Below are positions 22,770-36,029 of a DNA stretch of 64,000 nt, piece after piece. The notes below the pieces were generated by a model. The model was given only the letters and a program-made list of their open reading frames with translations, was not told where the DNA came from and made no database searches. The stretch is from Octopus sinensis. Taxonomy: Eukaryota. The DNA is taken from contig NC_042997.1 in assembly GCF_006345805.1 (NCBI RefSeq), positions 41,416,001 through 41,480,000 on the forward strand. The letters are read 5' to 3'. The number at the start of each line of letters is the position of its first letter. Position 1 is the first letter of the stretch. The translations under genes and the position numbers were made by a program.

Positions 22770-23760
22770 GCCTATCTCTGTCACGAACGGGGTAAAACAT
22801 GATGATATACATTAAACACATCAGCGAATCTTGATGATGAAGTGTCACTACGCATTCAGAAATTCAGTTTTGCTTTTGGCAAATTAGAAGACCGCCTATG
22901 GTCTAGACATGCGACAAAGATTAAGGTATACAATACATGTATCTTAACCTCTTTGTTGAATGCTTGGGAAACCTGGACTGTGTATCGTAAGCACTTAAAA
23001 CTTATGGAACGTTTTCATCAACAATGTCTGAGAAGGATTTTGAGGATCAGCTGGAAAATGTTTGTGAGTGACGATGAAGAGGCTTGAAAGAGGGAAATGC
23101 TTCAGTATTGAAGCTTTGCTATTGCAGTACAGATTGAGATGGAGTGAACACTTAGCGAGAATGACAAACAACAGAATGCCTAAACAGCTTTTTTACGGAG
23201 AATTGGTGACAGGTAAGCGCCCGTCCCACAAACCAAAGATGTGGTACAAAGATTGTCTGAAGTCAGGATTGAATAAGATAAACGTTCCAATTGACAACTG
23301 TGAAGATTTAGCGCATTGCCAAGAAAAATGGAAAAAATTTCGTATGAAGGCAAAAATGAATTTGAAAGAAAGAGAATGGAGCATGGCAAGATCAAAAGAA
23401 AAATGAAACAAAGTGACAGGAATGATATTCTAACAAACATTGATGAACGTGGTCATCATACATGGGATGAACGTGGAAAGAGTTGTCTTAGTAAGGCTGG
23501 GTTAAAGAGCCACATGAAATCCCACATGGCACAACCGCGCATTGATTATAGATGGACAAAAGATTTCGAATGCATCCTCTGTCATAAAGTATGCAGATTG
23601 AAAAGTGGCTTGAAGAGGCACAGTAAAGTTCATGGAGCTGTAAACTATACAATTACCAAGTTTTCTTGCGCTAATTGTTAACAAACATGCAAGTCTTTGG
23701 CAGGCCTCAAAGATCACATTCGTGCAGCTCATTGATGATATTCTAGGGCATAAAAAAGTC
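22770..23760 (+). mobile_element. RTE-BovB 3' part with three C2H2-like fingers
   Basis: AFGKLEDRLW..ETWTVY..FHQQCLRRIL; QYRLRWSEHLARM..LFYGEL; then KSCLSKAGLKSHMKSH, CILCHKVCRLKSGLKRHSKVH, CANC..CKSLAGLKDHIRAAH. Confidence 0.85.
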
Positions 23761-23860
23761 AGGAAATGGCTCTACTTGAAATCGAGTCGGCTACTATCAT
23801 ATATGCAAATATGTGTGTGCGTGTGAGTATGTGTGTGTGTCTGTGTCTGTGTGTGTGTCT

Positions 23861-24264
23861 GGCTGTGTGTTAAGAAGCTTGCTTCCCAACCACATGGTTC
23901 TGGGTTCAGTCCCACTTCGTGGCACCTTGGGCAAGTGTCTTCTACTATAGCCTCGGGCCGACCAAAGCCTTGAGTGGATTTGGTAGACGGAAACAGAAAG
24001 AAGCCCGTGGAATATATATATATATATATACACATATATATGTGTATGTGTGTGTGTGTAAATGTTTATGTATCTGTGTTTATCCCCCCCCCCAACATCG
24101 CTTGACAACCGATGCTGGTGTGTTTACGTCCCCGTAACTTAACGGTTCGGCAAAAGAGACCGATAGGATAAGTACTAGGCTTACAAAGAATAAGTCCTGG
24201 GGTTGATTTGCTCGACTAAAGGCGGTGCTCCAGCATGGCCTTAGTCATATTTACTGAAACAAGT

Positions 24265-24267
<3 letters not shown>
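23861..24267 (+). mobile_element. tRNA-derived SINE family B, near full length
   Basis: B-box-like GGTTCAGTCCC; body GGCACCTTGGGCAAGTGTCTTC; internal (TA)/(TG)n; tail ..GCATGGCC..ACTGAAACAAGTAAA. Other copies or parts at 43280-43470, 55700-55860 and 59735-59895. Confidence 0.85.
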
Positions 24268-24309
<42 letters not shown>

Positions 24310-24620
24310 TAATATAATAATGAGCGTAGTGTTTTGTATATTTGTCCAGAATCACGTCGGACGTGGAGGAGGAGAGAAAATAGTAATTCAGTGAAGAAGT
24401 GGTGAGAGTAAGAGCTCTGACTGAGAGGGAGTGAGAGAAAGTAATAGCAATGAGAGAAAGGAAGGAGTGATAGTTGAATAAGGAAGGAAGGGGTGAAAAA
24501 AATTAGCGTTCATCTGTGTGTGTGTGTACAAAGGGAGTTTGTATGTGTGATTATTATGTACCTTATTTGTATATGAAATACTACAATTAGCCATCATTAT
24601 GGACGGCATGTGGTCATCTA

Positions 24621-24677
<57 letters not shown>

Positions 24678-24678
<1 letters not shown>

Positions 24679-25065
24679 TAGCAGTATCGCCCGGCGTTGC
24701 TCAGGTTTGTTTCGACCCTTTAGAATTGGAATTTTTGAAAAGTAAAAATTTTTCCATTATGTAGCTTGTTATTCTCTTTAAGTGAACATTTTTCTGGTTG
24801 AAATACACCGACAAATGGCGACAAAGCGGTCAAAAAGACGTAAAAAATTAGGTATTTTCATAGAAAAAAAAAGCACCTTTTTGATGTAAATAATTTTTGG
24901 TGTTAACATGGTCCGATTTGAATTTTATCTTCTACGGAAGGTAGAGCAAGCCTTCTTCTATCATACTCTCAATATTGGTCAACTTGCGCCGCAGGGTCCC
25001 GGAGGAGATAGTGTTAGTTGAAGGCTACCAAACCTGCCACACACAGACAACTTCAGCCTTATATA
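24678..25065 (-). mobile_element. Non-autonomous Helitron
   Basis: 3' end AAACCTGAGCAACGCCGGGCGATACTGCTAG is nearly identical to that of 21326-21706; 5' end lies in (TA)n next to GTTGTCTGTGTG. Confidence 0.8.
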
Positions 25066-25399
25066 TATATACATATGGAAAGAAGAGGTGTATTTCTTGC
25101 AGGAAGAAATAGAGAAGATGTTTGCGAAAAGGCACCAGAATTTGAAAAGCTTGTAATTGTTTTTAAATAAATTTATTTATTTAAAATTTATTTATTTATT
25201 CCAAACTAGTTTCAGCAATATGTTGTTTATCAATGATACAAATGTACAGAAAACAAAGCGATTTTAACAGGGTTTAAAATTACGAACTAGAGAACGATGT
25301 TTAAATGATTAAATGTTGACAAAATTCAATGTCAGGGGTAAATAATATCAAAAATGAACAGTACGTGCACACACACATATACATAATTTAGGGTGCTTA

Positions 25400-25980
25400 G
25401 GCTGCGAGCTGGCTGAAACGTTAGCACGCCAGGCGAAATGCTTAGCGGTATTTCGTCTGCCGTTACGTTTCTGAGTTCAAATTCCGCCGAGGTCAACTTT
25501 GCCCTTCGTCCTTTCGGGGTCGATTAAATAAGTACCAGTTACTCACTGGAGGTCAATATAATCGACTTAATCCGTTTGTCCTTGTTTGTCCTCATTGTGT
25601 TTAGACCCTTGTGGGTAGTAAAGAAATAGGTATTTCGTCTGCCGTTATGTTCTGAGTTCAAATTCCACTGAGGTCGACTTTGCCTTTCATCCTCTCGGGG
25701 TCGATTAAAATAAGTACTAGTTACGCACTGGGGTCGATATAATCGACTTAATCCGTTTGTCTTTCCTTGTTTGTCTCCTCTATGTTTAGCCCCTAGTGGG
25801 TAATAAAGAAATAGGTATTTTGTCTGCCGCTATGTTCTGAGTTCAAATTCCGCCGAGGTCAACTTCACCTTTCATCTTTTCAGGGTCTATAAATTAAGTA
25901 CCAGTTGCATGGTGGGGTTATTCTAATCCACTGGCTGCCTCCCCCAAAATTTCGGTCTTTGTGCCTAGAGTAGAAAAGAA
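25400..25980 (+). mobile_element. tRNA-derived SINE family A, head-to-tail trimer
   Basis: GGCTGCGAGCTGG..GTTAGCA head, GAGTTCAAATTCC B-box, TTTCATCCT..GGGGTCGAT..AAGTACCAG core repeated three times. Confidence 0.85.
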
Positions 25981-26414
25981 TAATTAAGAGTGCTGAGAGC
26001 AATACGACTACAACCAAAAAATTTCTCTGACACATATTAATTGAAATCGGGGCAATGAGTCCCTGTCCCAATAACGAACTAATTGTTTTGTGGTTATAGT
26101 TGTCTTCTGACTGCCATTTCTAGCGTGCTGGTGATACTTGTAGCATTCTTAATTATTAATTATGGTATGTCACTTGAGATGACCCGTCCTTTTATTCTTG
26201 TCTCTTTTTCGTATCATCTGTCTGGATGTTTTGCGTCCTTGTCCCTTTTTTTGTATTCCTTTATATACATACATACATGCATATATATATATACATATAC
26301 ACACACATACACACACATATATATATATATATACATACATACATACATACATACACACATACATACATACACATACATACATATATATATAATATATTAT
26401 ATATATATATGTGT

Positions 26415-26656
26415 GTGTCTTGAATGGCACAACACCATAATAACAACAATGGACTATAATAACTGCTATAATTAAATCATCCATAGTCTGATATAATATT
26501 TCGGAATATAGAAATTCCTTCTTCAGTTATCCCTAGGAATTCATTGAGTCACTGCTAATCCCTAGGAATTTTGATATTCCAAAATATTATATCAGACTAT
26601 GGATGATTAAATTGTAATGTTGTTAGTTTAGTGCATTGTTGTGCCATTCAAGTCAC
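26415..26656. repeat. About 240-bp hairpin (MITE-like)
   Basis: CTTGAATGGCACAAC (26419) vs GTTGTGCCATTCAAG (ends 26652); inner ~40-bp arms AATCATCCATAGTCTGATATAATATTT / AATATTATATCAGACTATGGATGATT. Confidence 0.75.
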
Positions 26657-26706
26657 ATTATATTTTACAAACAATATACAATGCTTCCAGCGAATAACAA
26701 TACCTT

Positions 26707-26767
<61 letters not shown>

Positions 26768-26999
26768 TTGAGGGAATATTATTCCTAACTTACAGGGAAA
26801 AACTCAATTTAGAAATACTAAATCAAATTTCACAAAATATAATATATATATATAAAAATTAGAAAACAAAACACCTTTTATCAATTCAAAATTTAAAAAA
26901 TTAACAATTAAATTACATCATCTAGAAAATTACATATATGTAATTACAGATGGTGTAATTTAATTGTTGATTTTGAATTGATAAAAGGTGATTTTTTTC

Positions 27000-27078
<79 letters not shown>

Positions 27079-27384
27079 CAGACAGACAGACAGGGTGCTA
27101 ATGAAGCGGAGGGTGAAAGCAATGGATAGTGCGAAAAGGTAATTTTACCTTGAAACATTCAGATTAGTAGATTTATAAAATGTAACAACCAGCGCAGTTG
27201 AGCCGGGATTGACATAAGCTTTTATAAGATGAAAAGTTACATTGGACACTGACTTGTGTATATGTGAGAAGCAGGAATCAGAATGTGAAATGAAGCAGGA
27301 AACAGAATGTTTTGGGACAAGGATGCTTATCGTTAACTAATTATTATTATTATTATCATTATTAATAATTACTTGTATTATTAA

Positions 27385-27570
27385 GGCGGCGAGCTAGCAG
27401 AATCGTTAGCACGCCGGACAAAATGCTTAGTGTTATTTCATCTACTGTTACGTTCTGAGTTCACATTCCACCGAGGTTGACTTTGCCTTTCATCCTTTCG
27501 GGCATGATAAAATTAGTAGCAGTTATGCACTGGTACTAATTTGAAGCCTTGTGCTTCCAGTTGAAAGGAT
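27385..27570 (+). mobile_element. SINE family A
   Basis: GGCGGCGAGCTAGCAGAATCGTTAGCACGCCGG head and TTTCATCCTTTCGGG core. Confidence 0.8.
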
Positions 27571-27889
27571 TATTATTAATTTTCTGTATTTAGAAATACT
27601 TTGTATCCATTTAACCCAAATTTTTATCTTGTATCCTATATAAGTTCCAGTTTTCGTAATTTCCTAATTGATGCATTCCCATGATTGCTGATGTAATTAA
27701 AATGATTAAAGTGTTGACTGATATTGCTATTTCTGATAATCGCATAATTATTTCTAGTAAATCGTGTAATATTTGCTGACATAATTATGTGAAAATATAA
27801 CCTCACCTAAAGCCGAATTTGCAGTTGTAAACAAATTGATGTCCGTGTGTTATAAATAAATATATCTAAAAATTTCTTTTATAAATTTC

Positions 27890-28352
27890 ATAATACAGCC
27901 GAATGAATACTACTGCAATAACATTGAGAGGAATTTACGTAATATATATGAGGTCACTATGTGTATGGTCATTTGTGATTCACTTACTTTAGGATTCCAG
28001 GAATTAAGGCTACAAATTTGTTTGCTCCCAATTGGTATTATCATTATTATTTGCTCATTGTCACAGGTTTTGTTGGAGTCTTGCATGCGTAGCGGCCTTA
28101 TTACCTGCAACCTACGCTACCATGCTATTCGTTCATTTCAGCTAATAATTTTCCTGATTATTCTGGTCATGCCAAGGAGGCCAACGTTTTGTAACAGTTC
28201 TACTGGACACTCTATTCCAATTTCCTATTTTATTCCTCTTAATGCCTTCTGATACTGTTCCCAAGGAACCAACAATAATTGGCACTATCTTCACCATTTT
28301 CCAAAGCCTGGCTATTTCATACTTACAAGAGATGATTGTATCTATCTATCTA

Positions 28353-28387
<35 letters not shown>

Positions 28388-29580
28388 ATCTATCTATCCA
28401 TCTATCTATCTATCTATCTATATCTATCTATCTCTCTATCTATCTATCTCCATCCATCCATCCATCCATCCATCCATCCATCCATCTATCTATCTATCTA
28501 TCTATCTATCTGTCTATCTATCATTTCACCTTCCTTATTGACTATTCGTGGGCATGCAACTTCAACTGTAGAGCATACGTGGTGCATCTTGTCCACTACC
28601 TGTAAGTCCGGTCTATTATGCAGTAGTACCTGATCTGTTTGGATTGGGAAATCCCAAAGGATTTTGTTAGTCTCCGTCTCCGCCACTCCCTGCGGTTTGT
28701 TCTCATACCACGTCTTTCCTCTCTCTAGCCCCCACTTTTCAATGTAGCACTTTCACTACCTGGTAGTATCGCCACGACTTCTAGTGGTTTGTGGGCAAAT
28801 CTTAAGCATTCCTTCTCTGTTGCAGATTCGGCACAACGGAGACACTTGCTCATTCCTAAGGTTGACCCTTCAGTTCGTGGCCAAAGCTTGGTCTTGTGCT
28901 GCCGGTCTCTTTTTTTAGGGTTCCTTTCATCAACCAATCCCACCTACTTTTCCCAGCAACTTCTGTTGTGGCTACATGGAATTGATTGTGTAGTCCCTTC
29001 TTGCGTAATTCTTCCTCATGTCCCTTTTGGTACTTCTTCCTTTGTTTTCCCTTTTCTCACTGCTATCAATACTCACTCGTTCCTAACTGTCGCTATGAAG
29101 GTTTCCTTACTTTGGGCTTAATATCTCATTAAGCGCTCAAGTTTGATACGCACGCAGTCTTCCATAACTATCAGTCCCTTTCCTCCATTTGCTCTCTTCA
29201 TGTATAGACGATCAATGTCTGCACATTGATGATGGGCTTCATAAATCGTCAGGAGCTTTCTTGACTTCCTGTCCATCTCCTTTAGCTCCTCCTGTGTCCA
29301 CTTCAGGATTCCAGCGCCATACCGAACTACTGTGACTACGCGTAAGTTTATTGCCGAAGTTTTGTTTCTGGTGTGCAGTTTTGAGGCCAATAGTTTTCTC
29401 ACTCTCTGCATGTACTCTCTTTTTGTCTTTTCCTTCATGTCGTGGTATTTGAGTCCATCCGCATCAAGTATTCTCGGGTATTTATAGTTGGACTGAGGTT
29501 GAACTGCGTTCATCGTTTCACCACTTGGTAGCCATATGCCTTCTGTTCTGGCAAGCCTTCCTCGTCTCATCGCCATCGCA
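27890..29580 (-). mobile_element. R4/Dong LINE family C, interrupted by (TATC/CATC)n at 28337-28520
   Basis: ORFs 29118-29576 (AINL.VVTVVRYGAGILKW..ADIDRLYMKRANGGKGLI) and 28498-28686 (KILWDFPIQTD..HNRPD). Confidence 0.88.
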
Positions 29581-29989
29581 GCACATTTTGATAGTCTGAA
29601 CTACATCTTTATATCATCGAAGAGGTGAAAATCAGGAGAAGAATCTTCCAGGAGAACAGTGTCCCCCCCCCACTGATATTCTCTTGATTGAAATACTACA
29701 GAAAACAAAGTTGGGTTATGATCTGTGGAAAGGTAAAGGCGCGAGAGAGGAGACGAAGGGGTAGCAGGCAGTTAAGCTAGCCAAAATTCTAGCGTATGGA
29801 CGAATTTATGTATACAAATCTAAATTTTGGAGAGGACCTAGCATAACTAAGATATATAAATTTACGAAATACGACAGGATGGCAATTTAACAGCTCTCCC
29901 CCAAAATCTGTACGCCTTTTCTATTACTTTCTATGTTTACTAAAACTTTGAGATGTTTATAGATATTTTTATGTCTTATCTATGTAGCG

Positions 29990-30032
<43 letters not shown>

Positions 30033-30049
30033 ATTATTATTATTATTAT

Positions 30050-32235
30050 TATTATATGTTTGACTTTTACTTTGTATTTGTACAAGTTGACTCCAAGTCT
30101 CACCCAGAGATTTCGAGAGACAACAAGTTTGAAGTATTATGCTTAGTGTGTCACATATTTGGTTTTGCACAAAGTATTGTTCTAGAGAATGTTTAAGAAA
30201 ACATAAGAAAATTATGAGTTTGTTTTAACATTTGAGATTACATAGACAGTACCTTATGTAGGATATGGGCTGTTCCCATGGGCACTATTATTTGAATTTC
30301 TGCTATTTTGGGGTTTCCTGATATCAGAGCTAGGTAGGAATCAGCCCATTATGCTATCATTTCTAGGACACCTATGTCAACAGGTATTGTTTTAGTCTTG
30401 AGGTTCCACATTTTGCCAATTTCTGTTTCAAGATCTTTATACTTGCTGAGTTGCTGGTAAGTCATGACATACCTATATGTCGATTGGAACATGATTCCTG
30501 CGCCATACCGAACTACTGTGACTACGCGTGAGTTTATTGCCGAACATGATTTTTGTCTGAAGTCTTTCGATATAATGTCTGGCCTATTCGCATCTATTTT
30601 TCTGTCAGTTTGAACGGTGACTTTCCTGAGGAGTGAGATGTGGTCATTTTCAAGCACTGGAGGTGGTTTGTGTTCCCACCAGTTTTTATCCTGGGGCAGG
30701 TCCAGGTTCTGAAAATTACCCAGTGAATATACTGTGCTGCTCTATTATGCCTGTTGGGATACTCTGTAGGCGCAAGAAGACAGGACATAGATCAATGGTT
30801 TCATTTTGTTGTTTACATACACGACATGTTGGGCTACTGCTATTCTTTAATATGTTGGCCTGGTAGTTCCTTTCAGGTAGACATTGATCTTGGGCTGCTA
30901 TGATAAAGCCTTCTGTTTCTGATTTTAAGCCAGAAGACACTAACCATTCATGAGTAATGGCTTTGTCAATACCGGCATTATTAGCTCCCTTTTGGTATTT
31001 ACCACTGAGAGGCCATTTATCCGTAAGAATATCTAAGAAAGCAGTTTTAGCACGGGTCTTCATACGCTTAGCTTTTTCTGTGCTTGTTTCTGGGATTTGT
31101 TGTACTAGGAATTCACTTAGACAATCCTTTGCCTGTTTTGTTACTCAGTATGATGCTTTCTTGTTTTCATGCTTTAAGACAAGTTTTAACATCCAGTCAT
31201 CAGAGTTTTCCAGGTAGGTGTTGAGGCCAATTGTGACAATTTTCATAGCTAATTCCAGCTGTAAAAGTCCATCTTCCTTAGGGTGGTGCATTCTATGCAT
31301 TGTCAACAATTTTCAGATTTTTCTGTCAAGATTACAGATTCCAGTGATTGACCAGTTAACGATATTGAAACTATAAGTCACGACCGGTATGGCTAAAGTA
31401 TTGATCGCTTTGATCCTGTTTCTTGTATTTAGCTCTGTCTTCAGTATTGCTTTTACCCTGCGATAACATTCTCTTCTGATCCTTTCCCTCATCATTGAAT
31501 GTTTTATTCCATCACCTTCAAATATCCCTAAGTATTTTTAGCTCTTCGCTGACTCTAACTCCTTTATGATATTCTGCTGGTGAAGATTAACGTTGGATGT
31601 TTCTGTCATTTTTCGTGTTATAAAAGTAGCTTTTGCACATCTATCGAAACCAAATTGAATCCTGGCGTCATCACTGAATTGTTTAACAATTGCTAGTAAA
31701 CCTTGTAGTTGTTAGTAAGTTTTTCCAAAGAACTTTAAATCAACCATGTAAAAGAGATGATTTATATTTTTATCAAACATTTTATACCCATATTGTACAT
31801 CATTGAGCAATTTAGAGAGAGGTATTAAGGCTAGACACAGGAGGAGTGGTGATAGTGAGTAACCTTGGAAAATGCCACATGAAATTCTTACAACTCCAGC
31901 ATTGAGAAATTCATTGTCACTGTTAAAAGTCAGTATTATTCTCTATGATCTCATACTTACAGACAAGACGTTTTGCAGAGTCGGTGCTATTTTATACATT
32001 TCTAGTCATTTTGTAATCCAGCTATGTTGTAGAATATCAAAAGCATTTTTATAATCTAGCCAGGCTTTCGACATTCATGTGTTGTTTGTGATAATATCTT
32101 GAGGTTCCACATTTTGCCAGTTTCTGTTTCAAGATCTTTATACTTGCTGAGTTGTTGGTAGGTCTTGACAGATACGTTTATGTCGATTGAGACAATCATA
32201 TCAAAGAGTAGGCATTATTTTTACCTGAAGTCCTT
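30050..32235 (-). mobile_element. R4/Dong LINE family B copy (RT to 3' UTR) plus an extra RLE fragment at 32092-32235
   Basis: GIFQGYSLSPLL near 31840-31880; ORFs 31313-31495, 30716-31063 and 30349-30657 are homologous to 13458-15085; (TTA)n at 29994-30054. Confidence 0.9.
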
Positions 32236-32329
32236 CCATACAATGTTTGGCCTATTATTCTTATTCTTATTCTTCTTATCATCATCATCATCATCATCGT
32301 TATCATTATTATTATTATTATTTTGTTGT

Positions 32330-33234
32330 CTTTGCACAGCTTCTAATGCTGGAGATGTACTACGGTGTCAGCTGTCCACTACCACTGAACTAAGGTAACA
32401 CCCCTTATTTTTTGAGCACCATCTGGAATATTCGATCGGTTCCAAGCAGTGCTGTTTTCTACAAGTGCTCCGCCCTTATTGCAGCCCGATTTGTTTCATA
32501 TATTTCTCAAGATTTTTACTCACTTTTCCCAGAGGTCCAACAATTATTGATATTACTACCACCTTTTTCATCGACCACAACAGCTTAACCTCCCAAGCTA
32601 ACCTGTTATATATATATCGACTTTTCTTTCTTCTTTATCGCATAACTTCTTGTCAGCTGGGCACGCTATATCTATGATCCAGCATCGTTTGCTTTCTTTC
32701 TCAATTAAGACTATTTCTGGTTTCCTATCCTCTATCTCATTGTCGCACTCAATCATAAAATCCCATAGGATCTTTACATTATCATTTTCGATGATGATTT
32801 CGGGTTTATATTTATACCACTGTTTTACTTTGTCGAGTCTATACCTGTTGCAAAGTGTCCAATGGACAATCTTTGCTCTATTTTCATGAACTCTCTTATA
32901 TTCTTTATGGGTTACTGGCGCTCTTTGACTGGTAATACGCCATACGGTTTCACCATTTTGTTTACAAACTCTGTACTTATCACTTTATGCAGTGTTGTCT
33001 ATTCTGTATTTGATGCAATTGGTTTTTAATGCTTGCTCTTAGGCAGCACAGATTAGAGTCTCTGTTCTCGGTTTTAAATCACTTTTAGTAATCCAAAGCC
33101 ATCTTTTTTCTCTGTCTGTCTTATTTTCAATATCCCTATGAAATTTTCCATTCATTCTTTTCTTTATCCACCTATTTTCAGTTTCATTCATTCTCAAGTA
33201 CTTGTACAATGCTTTATCTTTGCAATCTTCCATC
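32330..33234 (-). mobile_element. R4/Dong LINE family A, 3' ~900 bp
   Basis: MEDCKDKAL..SDLKPRTETLICAA, CCHC finger and RLE; 3' UTR as at 12880. Confidence 0.88.
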
Positions 33235-33256
33235 TGGCATTTAATAATCTTCCATC

Positions 33257-34123
33257 TGGTATTTAATAATTTATACTTGGATTAATCGTATAAAGAAAAT
33301 TTGGTTATATTACTACGAGAGAAATATTTTCTGGAAATTCATTACACTTTGGCTCTTTGTTTCCATTACAATTTTATTTGCTGTATTTTCTGTCTGTGAA
33401 TTATTTCTGTGCCTCGTTTATTATGGAATACCAATTGTTTATTTGATTTCAACTTTACCTTTCAGCTATTCCAATGTTTATATTTTCCCACTCTATAGGA
33501 ATAATAATCATATTTTTGAGATTGCTGCTGTACTTTTTACTATTCTATCGTTTCCATTTTATATATTATGGGCTCTTTATTCAATCTATATATTTCTTTC
33601 AAGTTTCCAAATTCTTTGCAATTACATATTTACGATAGCTGTTACGGTTCTTGCTAAACCTGATAATGTCGGGGACGTATGGTTTGTTGCCATGTTTTTC
33701 GTGTATACCGTTGCAATTGTGAAAGCCATTATAAAGCAGTATCAATCAGTTATAGTTCAGTCTATAAAACTCACCAAAACCGTTTGTCCAAGATTGGTTC
33801 AGGTAAAATATGGAGAGGAATTCATAAATGCCAAGCTGTTCAAGACAATTGTTAACCATCATTTTCCATTGAGATACGAGATTGGTAAATCCATTATAAA
33901 ACTGTTTCTAATCGTATCTTTTTTCTTTGCTTGCAACAATATAATAAGTCGAGAAGACTTGGACTTATTAGCATTCACAATGATTACTTTGATATTGATG
34001 ACGTCTATTATACCTAAATTTTTGTCTATAATAAACGCAAACCTCAGGTTAACAATAACCATGTTTGATAAAATTATCGAAACAATTAATGTCTATGCCG
34101 GAGATGCTTATCAAGTTATTTGA
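33257..34123 (+). pseudogene. 5'-truncated paralog of the 735-aa membrane protein (matches from about residue 443 to the end); frame fully open
   Basis: No stop from TGG 33257 to TGA 34123. WYLIIYTWINRIKKIWLYYY..HHFPLRYEIGKS aligns with WHLIVYTWINRIKKIWLYYY..HHFPLRYEIGKS; the start of the 3' UTR is also homologous. Confidence 0.85.
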
Positions 34124-36029
34124 TATTCTTTGGTAAAATCAAAAGTACTTCAGAGTGCTTTATGGATTATTAACTACATTGTATAATATAATACTACTAC
34201 TAATAATAATATTGCTGGTTCAGGACATTCTCACAGTCACAACGACACTCAGCTCCGTCCTCCCCTCTCACTCTCTCATATATGTATATATATGTAGTGG
34301 TCTATGTAGCTAACTAGTTGAATGATGTCCCTTGCAAGAAGGTTTATAGAGTAATCTCCCTTCACTGAAGTTCTGGAAACATCTGTGCCACGAGAGCGGA
34401 TTCTTTATTATTCAAGAAGCTTAGCATTTCTCTTGGAAGTTTCTAGAATATCTAGCGTTCCATTAATAAAAAAAGCTTGCTAACCCTGCTCTCACTTCTC
34501 AGTCGATTAGACGTAGAGCCATTCACGTCATTTCTATGTCCGTCTGTTTCTCTGCGCCACATGGCTGAAAACCATCCCTTAGCTGTTATTTCCATATTTC
34601 CTATCTCTGATCTGTCTTGCATAGATTATTTCATTCAATTAGATTCTACATTTTGATTATGTATCATCAACGACCATTAAATAAAATACATTTTTACGTA
34701 GTAAATATTGTTCTTGAATTTATTCATGATCTCTGTATGAAACCTTGTAATAACATACACGCAGCCATATGACCACCTGGAACTGAATATATATTCCCAC
34801 TACATAAATTGATGGCCCCGACGTGATACGAAGACGCAGCCTTCTGTTACTACTCATCAGTCAACCAGATGAAGTTCGTGCCAGTCACGAGGCCAAACAT
34901 CCCTGAAAGTTTCATGCGAATCCATCCACCGGTTCTTGAGAATCTTGTCCACGGACAGAATAATAAACATGACTTTAAAAATACCTCTTCCTTAAGGAAG
35001 GCGGATATAATAAAAGAACAAGGTAAACAATAGATTGTTGATCTACGGAATTATTGATCAGTTATGCTCTGTTGCTTATTACACACCAACAAACAAATGA
35101 GTAACCCTCACCACACCAACCAAGTCCGCCGAAAAATAAAATGGAAACAATGTCTAGAGACAGATGAAATGAGTATAAATGAATTAGTCTGGAAGAGGAG
35201 CGGAGAGCTGAGAGTAGAAACGTGGTAGCAGGAAGAGGAGCTGAGAATAAATTAATTAACCAATAATTACATCGCAACCAATCAGTTGCTCAATGAGATA
35301 TGAGGGGGGTCAATCAATGAATGTCACAGATACTTGTTCACAGGAAAGTAGGGGGTCGTTCATTGGGAAGGAAAATCTGGTGAGAAGTAAAGGGTTTGAT
35401 TCAGATTGCAGGATTTATGAAATGATATGATGGAATTATTGCCTTTTGATTTAAACTGAAACCAAAGGGATCAATGGTGGGAATTTTGTGATAGTAACAA
35501 AATTGAAGACAGGAACGCAGCAAAAAGAGAATTGATTGTCGGATGGTAGAACACAAAACTGCCTTTCTATGTAGGTAACTTATTGACTTTTACCATCAAA
35601 CTTACAACAGAGAAGTAAACATACCAAATTGATTGCACTGGTAGAAGAAAAAAAAACTGATACTCAAAAATAATATCGATCACATGGCGATAAACTGCTG
35701 ATTAATTGCTTGTTAGAATCTCAGGTGTAACATTTATACAAACTGTATGAACCATTAAGTGCCAGGTGACTGCAAAAGTGTGATAATATCAGAGTTGAAC
35801 AAGCATCTGGGAAGACTTTGTGCACCTGTTGACCATCTTTTAATTAGCAAAGTTATGAGGTGTGGTGGCATAGGAGGAATCTGGTCATAGTCTCTCTGGC
35901 GTAGCTAACAGGGGAAGAAGTGGAGCACATTTTCCAAAATTAGCCATGTGTCACAGTATTGTTTTTATGTGCTAATTCTCCCTAATTTTAGAACCAGGTT
36001 TCGCCCTTACATAGTCTATCCGGATTACG

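Noticed and set aside
34280-35340. Solo LTR or promoter downstream of the paralog
   Set aside because: LTR-like composition, but no TG..CA ends, TSD or second copy identified.
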